This document shows positions 8,932 to 18,015 of a DNA stretch of 64,000 nt, piece after piece; position 1 is the first letter of the stretch; the number at the start of each line of letters is the position of its first letter. Source of the stretch: an uncultured virus (IMG/VR IMGVR_UViG_3300032893_000022). Its lineage: Duplodnaviria; Heunggongvirae; Uroviricota; Caudoviricetes. The notes beneath the pieces are model-generated. The model worked only from the letters and a program-made list of their open reading frames with translations, was not told where the DNA came from and did no database searches. Location: IMG/VR virus record IMGVR_UViG_3300032893_000022. The stretch is one strand, 5' to 3'. The position numbers and the translations under genes were made by a program.

Positions 8932-9177
8932 TTATACTCCTTCTTTAAAGTTTAATTGAAATGCATCTAAATAATCTATTTCAGATAAATTATCTTTAAA
9001 AAGTTTAAAATTATTAGGATTAAAATTTCCATATTCATTTTTTAACTGTATTATTTCTGGACTTTTTACTAAGCTAACAGTATAAATTTCACCAACACAT
9101 TTTTCTGCATGAGAAAGTTGAAAATGACCACGCGGTGGTTTTGTAATACATTTAACTTTATCGCCTATTTTAAACAT
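8932..9177 (-). CDS. Small protein with KxGDK N-terminus and shared C-terminal motif (member 3)
   Basis: FKIGDKVKC...SEIDYLDAFQLNFKEGV. Confidence 0.75.
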   Translation of the reverse strand: MFKIGDKVKCITKPPRGHFQLSHAEKCVGEIYTVSLVKSPEIIQLKNEYGNFNPNNFKLFKDNLSEIDYLDAFQLNFKEGV

Positions 9178-9422
9178 TAGTGTGCCCCTTGCGCGAAGTT
9201 CAATTCAGGATTATAATAGGCCTCGGCTAACATATAAACCGCTTCACTTTCTATATCCTCAAACAAATCCTTTTCATAAGGAACAAAGATTCTTATATCA
9301 TCTTCGTTTAAAAATGTTAAAGTTAATCCTTCAATATATTCAGCTCCAATAATATTTTTACACGTAGCTACAACTTGCACTGATTGATTGCGCATTGGAT
9401 ATTCAAATGTTACTTGCAACAT
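9177..9422 (-). CDS. Hypothetical acidic protein
   Basis: AAGGAG RBS; packed in the operon. Confidence 0.65.
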   Translation of the reverse strand: MLQVTFEYPMRNQSVQVVATCKNIIGAEYIEGLTLTFLNEDDIRIFVPYEKDLFEDIESEAVYMLAEAYYNPELNFAQGAH

Positions 9423-9432
9423 ATTATCTCCT

Positions 9433-9624
9433 TTATGAATGATTATTAAATTTTGTTAAAATCCACGATATTACTAATCCTAATAAAATGAACCCAATAA
9501 GTCCACTAAATAATGCGGCCCCGACTTCTAATATTCCCATGAATATATACCCAAATATAACATATCCTAATCCAGTTGTGACAAATAAGATAAATCCTAT
9601 AATCATTAATAGAATTGCTGTCAT
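9433..9624 (-). CDS. Small membrane protein
   Basis: Almost entirely hydrophobic, about two TM helices. Confidence 0.7.
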   Translation of the reverse strand: MTAILLMIIGFILFVTTGLGYVIFGYIFMGILEVGAALFSGLIGFILLGLVISWILTKFNNHS

Positions 9625-9673
9625 TTAAAAATCCTTCCCCAAATTTTTATTTCATTTTTCTTCGGGACTAAAA

Positions 9674-9985
9674 TTAAATCCCAAATCTAAAATTGTCTTG
9701 AATATTATCTAGAATATCTATATCATTTTTCGGAACTTTCTTTTTATATTTTTCAAATGAATTAGGTTCTATAATCCACGATTCACCATCTTTAATAACC
9801 CAGTATTTATAATCTCCATCATGTAAGTAATCATCATCTATATTGAGAGTATTACCATCTTCATCATATTCAACTTCTTCACGATCTATTATTTCATATG
9901 TTTTACCAAGAATAAATCCGTGGGCCTCTGTAGAATCTAATTCTCCATCACCCACAAATTTTATTTTATCACCTATCTTCCACAT
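9674..9985 (-). CDS. Small protein with KxGDK N-terminus and shared C-terminal motif (member 4)
   Basis: WKIGDKIKF...NDIDILDNIQDNFRFGI. Confidence 0.75.
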   Translation of the reverse strand: MWKIGDKIKFVGDGELDSTEAHGFILGKTYEIIDREEVEYDEDGNTLNIDDDYLHDGDYKYWVIKDGESWIIEPNSFEKYKKKVPKNDIDILDNIQDNFRFGI

Positions 9986-9987
9986 AC

Positions 9988-10245
9988 TTAATTCCTTTCA
10001 AACATTATATACTTATATTCTTTTTTAGCATGTAACAAATTGGATAATCTTTTAAAGTAAATAATCTTTACTTTATCTTTAACTGATTCATCTATAATCT
10101 TTGTTGGTTGGCCTTTCTTTGGTTTATCGCTTAACATTGATACAGCAATAGTTACCTTATCAAATGTTTCCAAAGCTTCAGCTAAGGCATTGTCATGTTT
10201 ATCAGTCCATGGATAAAACTTTCCTACGTATAATAATTGTTTCAT
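9988..10245 (-). CDS. Truncated HIGH-family nucleotidyltransferase-like (CoaD-like) protein
   Basis: LYVGKFYPWTDKH...AL..FDKVTIAV resembles CoaD IYPGSFDPITxGH...A...FDEVIVAV; only 85 aa. Confidence 0.6.
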   Translation of the reverse strand: MKQLLYVGKFYPWTDKHDNALAEALETFDKVTIAVSMLSDKPKKGQPTKIIDESVKDKVKIIYFKRLSNLLHAKKEYKYIMFERN

Positions 10246-10246
10246 G

Positions 10247-10471
10247 TTAGATTCCTTCTTTAAAGTTTTGTTGAATATTATCTAACCAATCAGTTTCATT
10301 TTTAATTTCTTTATATAATTTAAAGGGACATTTTCCATACCAATTATTAACTACCCAATGTCCTTTCCAAACAAGATGCCCATTTTTTCCTTTTGTGATT
10401 TTATAAACTGTTCCTCTTGGATCGCCTTCAAAATCCTCGATCAAAATAATTTTGTCACCTTCTTTATACAT
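10247..10471 (-). CDS. Small protein with KxGDK N-terminus and shared C-terminal motif (member 5)
   Basis: YKEGDKIIL...NETDWLDNIQQNFKEGI. Confidence 0.75.
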   Translation of the reverse strand: MYKEGDKIILIEDFEGDPRGTVYKITKGKNGHLVWKGHWVVNNWYGKCPFKLYKEIKNETDWLDNIQQNFKEGI

Positions 10472-10480
10472 AGTAAATCC

Positions 10481-11713
10481 TTACGCTAAAGTTTTCTTGT
10501 GCCAAGTTAATTTCTCGTCAACTTCCCAGACAGTTTCTCCACCATCATTAAAAACATCTGCAATCTCATCACGAATTTCCTCAGTAATTCCAGTAGATAG
10601 ACCACCATTTACTTCGGCATTTGCTTTTGCGATCATCTCCTCAACTTCTTCTTGAGTATATTCTTTATTACCTAAAATCATTTCCTCAAGTTGACGTTCT
10701 TTAATAGCTTCCACATGTTTAGATTTAGAATGAGAAGTCATATCAATGATGTTGTTATTCTTAGGAGTCTTAGGAAATACATCTCCAAACTTTGTTAGTC
10801 CACTTTCATTGCCTCTAGTATAGTAATCACTATATGGGTAATGGGATTCATGACTGTTGTTTGTATTCCATTGTTTATTATTAACTGAAGAATTTCTAGT
10901 AAACTCTTTAGGTTTAAAACTTTCATATGCTATTGTTTCGCCAGTCAACGCATCCATTCTTTGTAACCTATTAGCTTTAACTTCATACTTAGATACAATC
11001 GTAAAGCCTAATGTTTTACATGCATCCTCTACAGGAGATGCTTGGTATCTTGGGGTTGCAAATACAACTGTGTTTAGTTCTTTAATAAAGAATGCATCAA
11101 GTCTTGCGGAGTTATCTTTAATAACATCCAATATAACTCTACCTTCAGAAGTTCTGGAAAAGATTCCAAGAGCGTAATAACCTTCAAGCTTATTAACCAT
11201 CTTCCTAATCTTTCCAGGTTTGTTTGCAACATTATGTTTAATATATTGATGAAGAATAACTTCACTATCACAAGTAGAAGTTTTCTTAGTTAATTGATCA
11301 TCGTTATATATAACTCCATTGTGTATAACTGAAGTATGATTCTCAACAAATGGATGAGTATTTTTATAACTAACTGTATTAGTGGCAGACCTAGAATGTA
11401 ATGTTATACTTCGAATGTTCTCATTAAATACTCCAAAGTTTCCATATACTTTTTCTCTATTTAAAATCTTATACCTCTTTAAGATATTGGTATCAATCTC
11501 TGACCCATAAACATTCTTATGTTTAAACGCATCTTTATTATCAACCCATCGTTCTCCAAAGAGATTACCATTAGCATCTATAGCAGCATAGCCCAGGCCA
11601 TCTTTCTCTGTAGAATTTGGACTAGACATTTCTTTAGCCATTGCCTTAGTAAACTCCCAAGCTTGTTGCGTGGTTTCATCCGTAATACCAGACATGATCA
11701 TAATTTTACACAT
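10481..11713 (-). CDS. Class II (Ntn) glutamine amidotransferase
   Basis: Start reassigned to ATG at 11713 giving Met-Cys; DGLG, HSRSAT, NTHPF, HNGVI, CDSE. Confidence 0.9.
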   Translation of the reverse strand: MCKIMIMSGITDETTQQAWEFTKAMAKEMSSPNSTEKDGLGYAAIDANGNLFGERWVDNKDAFKHKNVYGSEIDTNILKRYKILNREKVYGNFGVFNENIRSITLHSRSATNTVSYKNTHPFVENHTSVIHNGVIYNDDQLTKKTSTCDSEVILHQYIKHNVANKPGKIRKMVNKLEGYYALGIFSRTSEGRVILDVIKDNSARLDAFFIKELNTVVFATPRYQASPVEDACKTLGFTIVSKYEVKANRLQRMDALTGETIAYESFKPKEFTRNSSVNNKQWNTNNSHESHYPYSDYYTRGNESGLTKFGDVFPKTPKNNNIIDMTSHSKSKHVEAIKERQLEEMILGNKEYTQEEVEEMIAKANAEVNGGLSTGITEEIRDEIADVFNDGGETVWEVDEKLTWHKKTLA

Positions 11714-11881
11714 ATTTTTTATCCTTCCATAAAAGGGTTTCTTCAATTTTAAATAAAGCAATAGGTTTTTTCATTAATCTAGAACGTTTAATAAATTTTT
11801 TCAAATCTTTTTTATTTGTAAAAGCTTCAAGATATTCAGGTTTTTCTTCCCATCTATCTTTCATTTTTACTATATAATATT

Positions 11882-13228
11882 TCACGCAACACCTCGTTCA
11901 GCTTCAGGTTCAACTTGAACAACACCATCCTTCTTTGTTTTAAACTTCTCAATTCTTTCTAACATATATGCTTTAAGTTTAGCATCAATATTAAACTCTT
12001 CACAGAACAATTTTAAACTTACAAAATTCTTAATGATTCTTTCTTTATGATTAGCTATCTTAACTAATATCGCAATCCAATTGGTAATCTTAGTGTAATC
12101 AATAGTTCCGGAATGAATCCTAGTTTCAATAGTTTGATGACGATGCATTGCAATAGGATTGATACCAAGATATCTATATTCTCCATGATCAGGTTTGTTT
12201 TTCATTACTTCAAAATTCCTTTCAATCACCTTCTTAGCATACTTCTCAATCCTGGATTTAGGATTCATTTTGAATAGAATTCCTTGGGCCGATAAAAGAT
12301 TTTGATAAGCTTTCTCGGCATCCCTATTTCTCATATCAAGATGCACATGCATACCGCAACTCTTATTAACAGTAGCTCCGGCTTTAGATAACAAATCACA
12401 AACCTTTTTCATAATGTCTTTATATTCATTTTCTTTTGTTAAGACACAAAGCTCATGTAAGTATTTATTTTTATGATCTGGGCAATCTTCAGGTTTACGA
12501 TCGTTACAACATCTTAGAGAACCATCAACAGTTAAAGTAACTTGTTTACCAACCCCAGCTTCAAATAATGCAAGACCAAGTTTATCCTGATTCCAATCAC
12601 ACATAAACTCTAGTTCAACTCCAATATAATTGTTCTTATCTTTGGGTATTTTAGGAGAGAATACAATTCTTTTTTCTTGATCTTTTAAAAATTTAGCATA
12701 CACTCCTTCTTTTACATTTGGCATATAAATACATCCTCCACTAACAAAATATCTTAATTCGGCTTTTAAAGATTCAACTTTATAAATTTTTTCTTTTTGT
12801 CTAATTTGACGATGATTCATTTTTCTTTTTCTAAATTCATCGGCAATAAGTTTTAAAGAATCTTTAATGTTGGCTCGTTTAGATTGTACTTTAATTTCTC
12901 CAAGAAATCTAGACCATTTAGGATGTCTAAAAGTAATTTCATAATCACTTGCCGTAACAAATGATGGAATATTTTTAAATTTATTTCTCATATCTCTCAT
13001 TCTAATTTCCGTTTTTCCTAAAGAAGTTAGGAGTTCCTCGGGAAGTCTCGGCGGAGCATCTTCGGGTAGTTGACCTGGATAAGCTTTCTCTATAATATTT
13101 ACAAACTTCTTTCTCTTCATATATTCTTTTATTTGGAATTTCCAATCCTCAGTTTTTTCTATTTCCTTTGGTTGATCATTAAGTCTTTTAAACTTAAGAG
13201 TCCCCTTTGGGAATGATAGTTTATTCAT
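11882..13228 (-). CDS. Putative amidoligase (glutamine synthetase fold, Amidoligase_2-like)
   Basis: IGVELEF, DGSL, NKSCGMHVH, RYLGIN, TIETRIHSGT. Confidence 0.88.
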   Translation of the reverse strand: MNKLSFPKGTLKFKRLNDQPKEIEKTEDWKFQIKEYMKRKKFVNIIEKAYPGQLPEDAPPRLPEELLTSLGKTEIRMRDMRNKFKNIPSFVTASDYEITFRHPKWSRFLGEIKVQSKRANIKDSLKLIADEFRKRKMNHRQIRQKEKIYKVESLKAELRYFVSGGCIYMPNVKEGVYAKFLKDQEKRIVFSPKIPKDKNNYIGVELEFMCDWNQDKLGLALFEAGVGKQVTLTVDGSLRCCNDRKPEDCPDHKNKYLHELCVLTKENEYKDIMKKVCDLLSKAGATVNKSCGMHVHLDMRNRDAEKAYQNLLSAQGILFKMNPKSRIEKYAKKVIERNFEVMKNKPDHGEYRYLGINPIAMHRHQTIETRIHSGTIDYTKITNWIAILVKIANHKERIIKNFVSLKLFCEEFNIDAKLKAYMLERIEKFKTKKDGVVQVEPEAERGVA

Positions 13229-13462
13229 AATAAAAATCCTCCTTAAATTACAGGATAAAATTGTTCGGGATTAATTCTTTCTAATTTGAAATAAATTTCT
13301 TTCCCACCAAGGTATCAAAGAAGTCTAATACAAGAGTTAGATTTTGTATAGCATTCAATGCCTCTACATCCTTATTAGGTTCTTGGTGTTTAAGAATAAA
13401 GTAATCATTGTGTTGTTCGATCCATACTTTTCTTTCGGGTAGTTCAATACTCTTTACGATAA

Positions 13463-13681
13463 TCATTCTATCCTCCATATTCTAATAAATTCTTCATCAA
13501 TTCTTCTCGAGAGAATTTTAATATTTGCTCTTTTACCAAAATTTGTCATTTGATTTGGTTTTGTTTTTGGCCACGGAATTACTACAGAATCTCCAACCTC
13601 TAAACTTCTTAAAAACTGAGTAAGTCCTTTTAGTTTGGGAATTGGAATATTCTTTTCAATTTTAAAATCATATTTAATCAT
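13463..13681 (-). CDS. Small phage protein, possibly DNA-binding
   Basis: IEKNIPIP...LEVGDS...IRIWR pattern common in phage small proteins. Confidence 0.55.
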   Translation of the reverse strand: MIKYDFKIEKNIPIPKLKGLTQFLRSLEVGDSVVIPWPKTKPNQMTNFGKRANIKILSRRIDEEFIRIWRIE

Positions 13682-14081
13682 ATGTTATCATCCTTTCCTG
13701 TATAAACTTTTCACCAAATATTCCTATAAGCTTATCAACTCCTTCATTAGATATGAAGTGATCTTCTCCACCACAATAAATTATTTCTCCTTCTAATACA
13801 GATAATTGTTTTAAAGATATAGGACAATAGATTGTTTCTGTTATTAATTCTTTCCTATATTTTATTTCATTATCTGTTAAGTATGTGCCGTATTTACTTT
13901 TCTGAACCTGCATATGAATCCTTTCCTATTTCTAGTATATGAAAGTTATAATACTTTGAGACAGGATATAAAAGAAAATTAGCTAAAGCATATTCAGCTT
14001 CTTCTCTATTACTACAAGTTTCTAATACTTCAGTAAAGCCATCACTCAGTTGACCAATTACCTGATAAGTTTTATCCATTG

Positions 14082-14333
14082 TTAAACTCCTTCTTTGAAA
14101 TTATCTTGAATAGCATTTAACCAATCAACTTCTGTTTTAATTTCTTTATTCATTAAAGTGAATCCATTATATATAAAGTGTTTTATTAAACTATCATAAG
14201 TCCATCCATATGAAATTTGCCATGGAGCACCTTCTTCCATTGCATAATATAAATAATGATTATCTATTTTAACAGAACAATATTGTTTCCTTCCATTAGG
14301 AAGAATTCTAAATAATCTAGTTATATTATTCAT
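14082..14333 (-). CDS. Small protein with shared C-terminal motif and unrelated N-terminus (member 6)
   Basis: KEIKTEVDWLNAIQDNFKEGV. Confidence 0.75.
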   Translation of the reverse strand: MNNITRLFRILPNGRKQYCSVKIDNHYLYYAMEEGAPWQISYGWTYDSLIKHFIYNGFTLMNKEIKTEVDWLNAIQDNFKEGV

Positions 14334-14362
14334 GATATCAACTCACTTTCTAAAGTGATTAT

Positions 14363-15718
14363 CTAAGCAACTTTCTCTCCAGTTTCGATAATTGAACGTG
14401 CAGTTAAAACATTCTTTCCTTTTACATTACAATGCGAAACCCAATCATTAGTCTTCAAATTCCAATTATCTTCAATATCATCTGGGTTCTTAATTACTGA
14501 TTCCATTCCATTTTTGAATACATTAAAGATTGTTATTGCTCCGGCATCGTTTATGGTTCTATATGCCGCTTTAATCAATTGAAGCATGAGATTCTTATTT
14601 CTGTCAAGAATTTTTCTTGCTTTTTTTACATCGCATTGTTGAATGCATTCAATTGTTTCTTTTTCTGTCGCCTTCCAATGTTTAGAATAACCTTTATCCC
14701 CCATAACAACAACCTTTCTCCCAATATCAAATACTAAGTTTGTCATTAGGGGATGAAACATCCATGCATTACTTAATGTTCTATATTCTAATCCATGCGG
14801 CGGAGTTCTATATTCTCCAGCTAATCCATACATCTCTCGACGCTTTGGATTATCATATTTAGCAAAGAGTGATACACACGCTACACCAAGCACAGCATCT
14901 AACGCTTTAACAATTGTTTCATATTGTTCTTTAGTTCGTTTACCTATTCCAAAATGGAGATGCCCACCTGCTGACCTAAAGGCAACGTCTCGACCAGACA
15001 TTGTAACACCTTTAAGACCATATGCATTCTCGCTTGGCATGCAGCCAAATTCAACATGTTCATCTTTAGCATTCTTTATTAGTTCAAATGGGATATCCAT
15101 AACAGTTTGACTGGACAACTTGGCATTCTTATTGTGCTTTTTAGCTTCATTATAAACACCTTGCAATCCACGTTGGATACTATCTACTTGCCAAGATAAA
15201 CAATTTTGTGGTGATGTAGTAAACTCGGCTTGGAAACCATCCCAATATAAATTGTTTGAACCACAAACAGCAGGTGATTCAGGTAATGCTTTAGGTGCAA
15301 TACTAGGTGCTTTCTTTGAACCTAAGAAATCAAATGCGGGAATAACTTCACCTTTATCATTCTCTACAAAAATCTCAGGGTCAGAACCAATCATAAAACC
15401 ATGAGTCAAATGATTCTTTAAATCATTTATAACATATTGTTCATATTTTTTTAAAGCAGCAATTCTTTCTTTACCAACAATCTTTTTAACTTGCAAATCA
15501 TTTGGAACTATAACTTGTTTATATATTCCATTATAAAAGAATGTTAGATACATTAATTCAGCTCCATTCTTTTGGAGGTTAGTAATAACTAGTGATTCAT
15601 TTGGAAATTCAAATGCGGCATACCTATTAAATCCTTCTCCGCCAGCTTCCAACTTTAGATTGCAAACCTTAATAACTATATTATGTTTGTCTAGAAATTC
15701 TAATAGTTTCCGTTTCAT
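14363..15718 (-). CDS. phiEco32-like COOH-NH2 ligase type 2
   Basis: IGSDPEIF, DGFQAEF, FGCMP, RSAGGHLHFG, RREMYGLAGEYR, GLEYRTLSNAW. Confidence 0.9.
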   Translation of the reverse strand: MKRKLLEFLDKHNIVIKVCNLKLEAGGEGFNRYAAFEFPNESLVITNLQKNGAELMYLTFFYNGIYKQVIVPNDLQVKKIVGKERIAALKKYEQYVINDLKNHLTHGFMIGSDPEIFVENDKGEVIPAFDFLGSKKAPSIAPKALPESPAVCGSNNLYWDGFQAEFTTSPQNCLSWQVDSIQRGLQGVYNEAKKHNKNAKLSSQTVMDIPFELIKNAKDEHVEFGCMPSENAYGLKGVTMSGRDVAFRSAGGHLHFGIGKRTKEQYETIVKALDAVLGVACVSLFAKYDNPKRREMYGLAGEYRTPPHGLEYRTLSNAWMFHPLMTNLVFDIGRKVVVMGDKGYSKHWKATEKETIECIQQCDVKKARKILDRNKNLMLQLIKAAYRTINDAGAITIFNVFKNGMESVIKNPDDIEDNWNLKTNDWVSHCNVKGKNVLTARSIIETGEKVA

Positions 15719-15862
15719 TTTATAATTCCTTTCTGTTAAAGGTTAACTCGCTTTACCTTTCTTAGCATCACATTTAATACAAAATTCAAATTGTTCTATA
15801 AGTCCTGTATATTTAACAAATTCATGCGCGCAACGTATTGTAGCTTTTTCTTTTTTCTCCTT

Positions 15863-17515
15863 TTAAACTGCTCGTACAATCTTAAAATTCTCAATAGAAA
15901 CATGTTCTCCAAAAGGTAAAGATGATACTTTATTCCAAGGAAAGTTTACTTTATTAAAGAATTTAAGTAATTGATTGTAAGATACAGGATTTTGGGTAAT
16001 TCTATACTTATCACAATAAATATGATACATAAATTCTCCCTCAAATTAAAGGTTTAAAAAGCTTCGGGATTAATTCTTTCATTTACATCAAACGTATAAG
16101 AATTTGGCTAAGATGTAAACATAAATTATAATAATGAATTAACATATTTAATCCTCAATATTATGATATATCCTTATTGAATTCAATAAGTTGAAAAGGT
16201 TTTCTAGTTCTTAAGACTTCAATGTTCGCATAATGTTGATCAAGTCCAGCTTGATTAGTTATTAAACTACCCTTTAAAGCTTCCTCTTTAGACATCACTA
16301 TTCTATTTTGTTTATAGGTATCCAAAGAATATACTTTAGCTCCTATATTAGGTTGTTGAATAAATTGATTGTTTAAATCTAAGTTATTTTGTTTTTTATA
16401 GCATTCCCAGCAAAAATACTCTTTCTCACAATTACACATAATTAACTCCTTTATTTAATCTTCAAACTTTACAGTTACTTGCATTTTTTTAGGTTGAAAA
16501 ATTCTACAAAGAGTATTACCAAGTTTACATTGTCTTTCAATTTCTTTTGCGGCCACCTTCAAATCATTTGTGGCCAAGATAGGTCTCCAATTCCAATAGC
16601 AACCAAAAGATTCCATCACTATATATTTTTTATTCTTTATCCATACAACTTTCTTCATAATTAACTCCTATTCCTTTTACGTGAAGCTCTTGCAACCTTG
16701 CGTTTTTGTTTAGCCTTTCTTTTGGAAACATGATACTTGGTATTATTATTAAGATTAGTTAATTGATTTAACTGTAGAGTTTTGCTTTGATGTTGCATAG
16801 TTTTATGGAATAAATCTTGAATAGATTCAAAGTGTTTAGGCGCGGGTTTAACTTCTTCTTTCACAGGCTCGACTTCGGGCACAACAGGAATAACTTGTTC
16901 TTGATTTATCATATAGGTCCCCTTTGTTTAAAATACTAATAAAAAGATAATAACAATAAGTAAAATTGTAACCATATAATTCTCCTAAGTTTATTAACTT
17001 GCTTTCTTTTCAGATAATTTTAAATCTTGGATAAGCTTTTTAATTTCCTCTATATTATGTTCTAACCAAGCTACGTACTCCTCATTTATATTATAGCTAT
17101 TGCGCTCTTGAAGATGAGCATTGAGTTTACTTTGAAAGGTTATTAGATTGCTAGATAATTCTTTGTATCCCATAAATCACCTCACATAATATCATATTTA
17201 ATATTATCTCCAAATGTTTTCCATAACATACGAACAGCTTTAACTCTATTTGTAGTATTAACTTTAAAGAAAACCAATTGACCGTGTTTTATTATTTTGA
17301 ATATTGTCATATATTTATCCTGCTTTCTTTGTTACACTACTAAATTTATGAAACCCATGTTTTTTGTGGTGTTTAATATGTTCTTTAGGAGTAAGCATCA
17401 CAATAGTTTTAAATCCTTCATTCCATAAATTTTGTAAATGCCAATCTATTGTTTCTATGGATTTACCCACTGGAATAGAATGATGTTTATGCATTATTTT
17501 AGATTTAATTTTCAT
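15863..17515 (-). other. Array of very small early hypothetical genes
   Basis: Closely packed short ORFs, most with GGAG/GAGG-type RBS (e.g. 15863..16030, 16161..16439, 16455..16658, 16661..16912, 17315..17515). Confidence 0.6.
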
Positions 17516-17518
17516 AAT

Positions 17519-17586
17519 ACCCTCATCAGGCATGGAAAAACCATGCTACAACGCTCTATTGGGGGAATAGAGGCGTTGTTTCGGGT
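17519..17586 (-). ncRNA. Type II hammerhead ribozyme
   Basis: ACCC-GAAA-CAACGC[loop]GCGTTG-TA-GCATGG[TTTTT]CCATGC-CTGATGA-GGGT; intact core, GUA cleavage triplet. Confidence 0.9.
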
Positions 17587-17647
17587 TACCTAGGGTGTTT
17601 ACTTAGGCAGCTTTAACAGTGCTATCCTTGATTAATTGCTTGCGCAA

Positions 17648-17908
17648 TTATGCTGCTTTTACAGTACTGTCTTTAATATTAAGCAATGCCTTATTAGCTT
17701 CAGCAAACTTAACAACTTCAGGCATAACCTGTGCAAGCTTCATAAGCTGTGTATAATAAAGGGTTACAGGAAAACGACCAAAGCCATAGATGCTGATTGC
17801 ACCTTTCTCTGAAACCTTCCAGCTAAGGCTACGTTCTTTCTTAGCTTTTAATGCTTCATTCTCGGCTTTAATTCGAGCCAATTCAGCAACCAATTGTTCG
17901 TGAGTCAT
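17648..17908 (-). CDS. Small conserved-type hypothetical protein (coiled coil + KVSEKGAISIYGFGRFPVTLY)
   Basis: ATG at 17908 with CAGGAG RBS; I recall the motif from uncharacterised bacterial proteins. Confidence 0.75.
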   Translation of the reverse strand: MTHEQLVAELARIKAENEALKAKKERSLSWKVSEKGAISIYGFGRFPVTLYYTQLMKLAQVMPEVVKFAEANKALLNIKDSTVKAA

Positions 17909-17948
17909 GATATACTCCTGGTTTGTAATTTGACTATGGATAACTGCC

Positions 17949-18015
17949 AAGTCTCATCAGCATAGCTTAATAGCTATGGACAGAGAGCTTATTTCTAAAC
18001 TCTCTGTTTCGACTT
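17949..18015 (-). ncRNA. Type II hammerhead ribozyme
   Basis: AAGTC-GAAA-CAGAGAG[loop]CTCTCTG-TC-CATAGCT[ATTA]AGCTATG-CTGATGA-GACTT; intact core, GUC cleavage triplet. Confidence 0.92.

Noticed and set aside
11714..11761. Longer GATase start given in the ORF track
   Set aside because: Ntn amidotransferases need Cys at position 2; ATG at 11713 provides it
5757..16075. Sigma28 (FliA) identity for the TCCCGAA element
   Set aside because: Only one copy has a TAAA-like box at the 15-nt spacing
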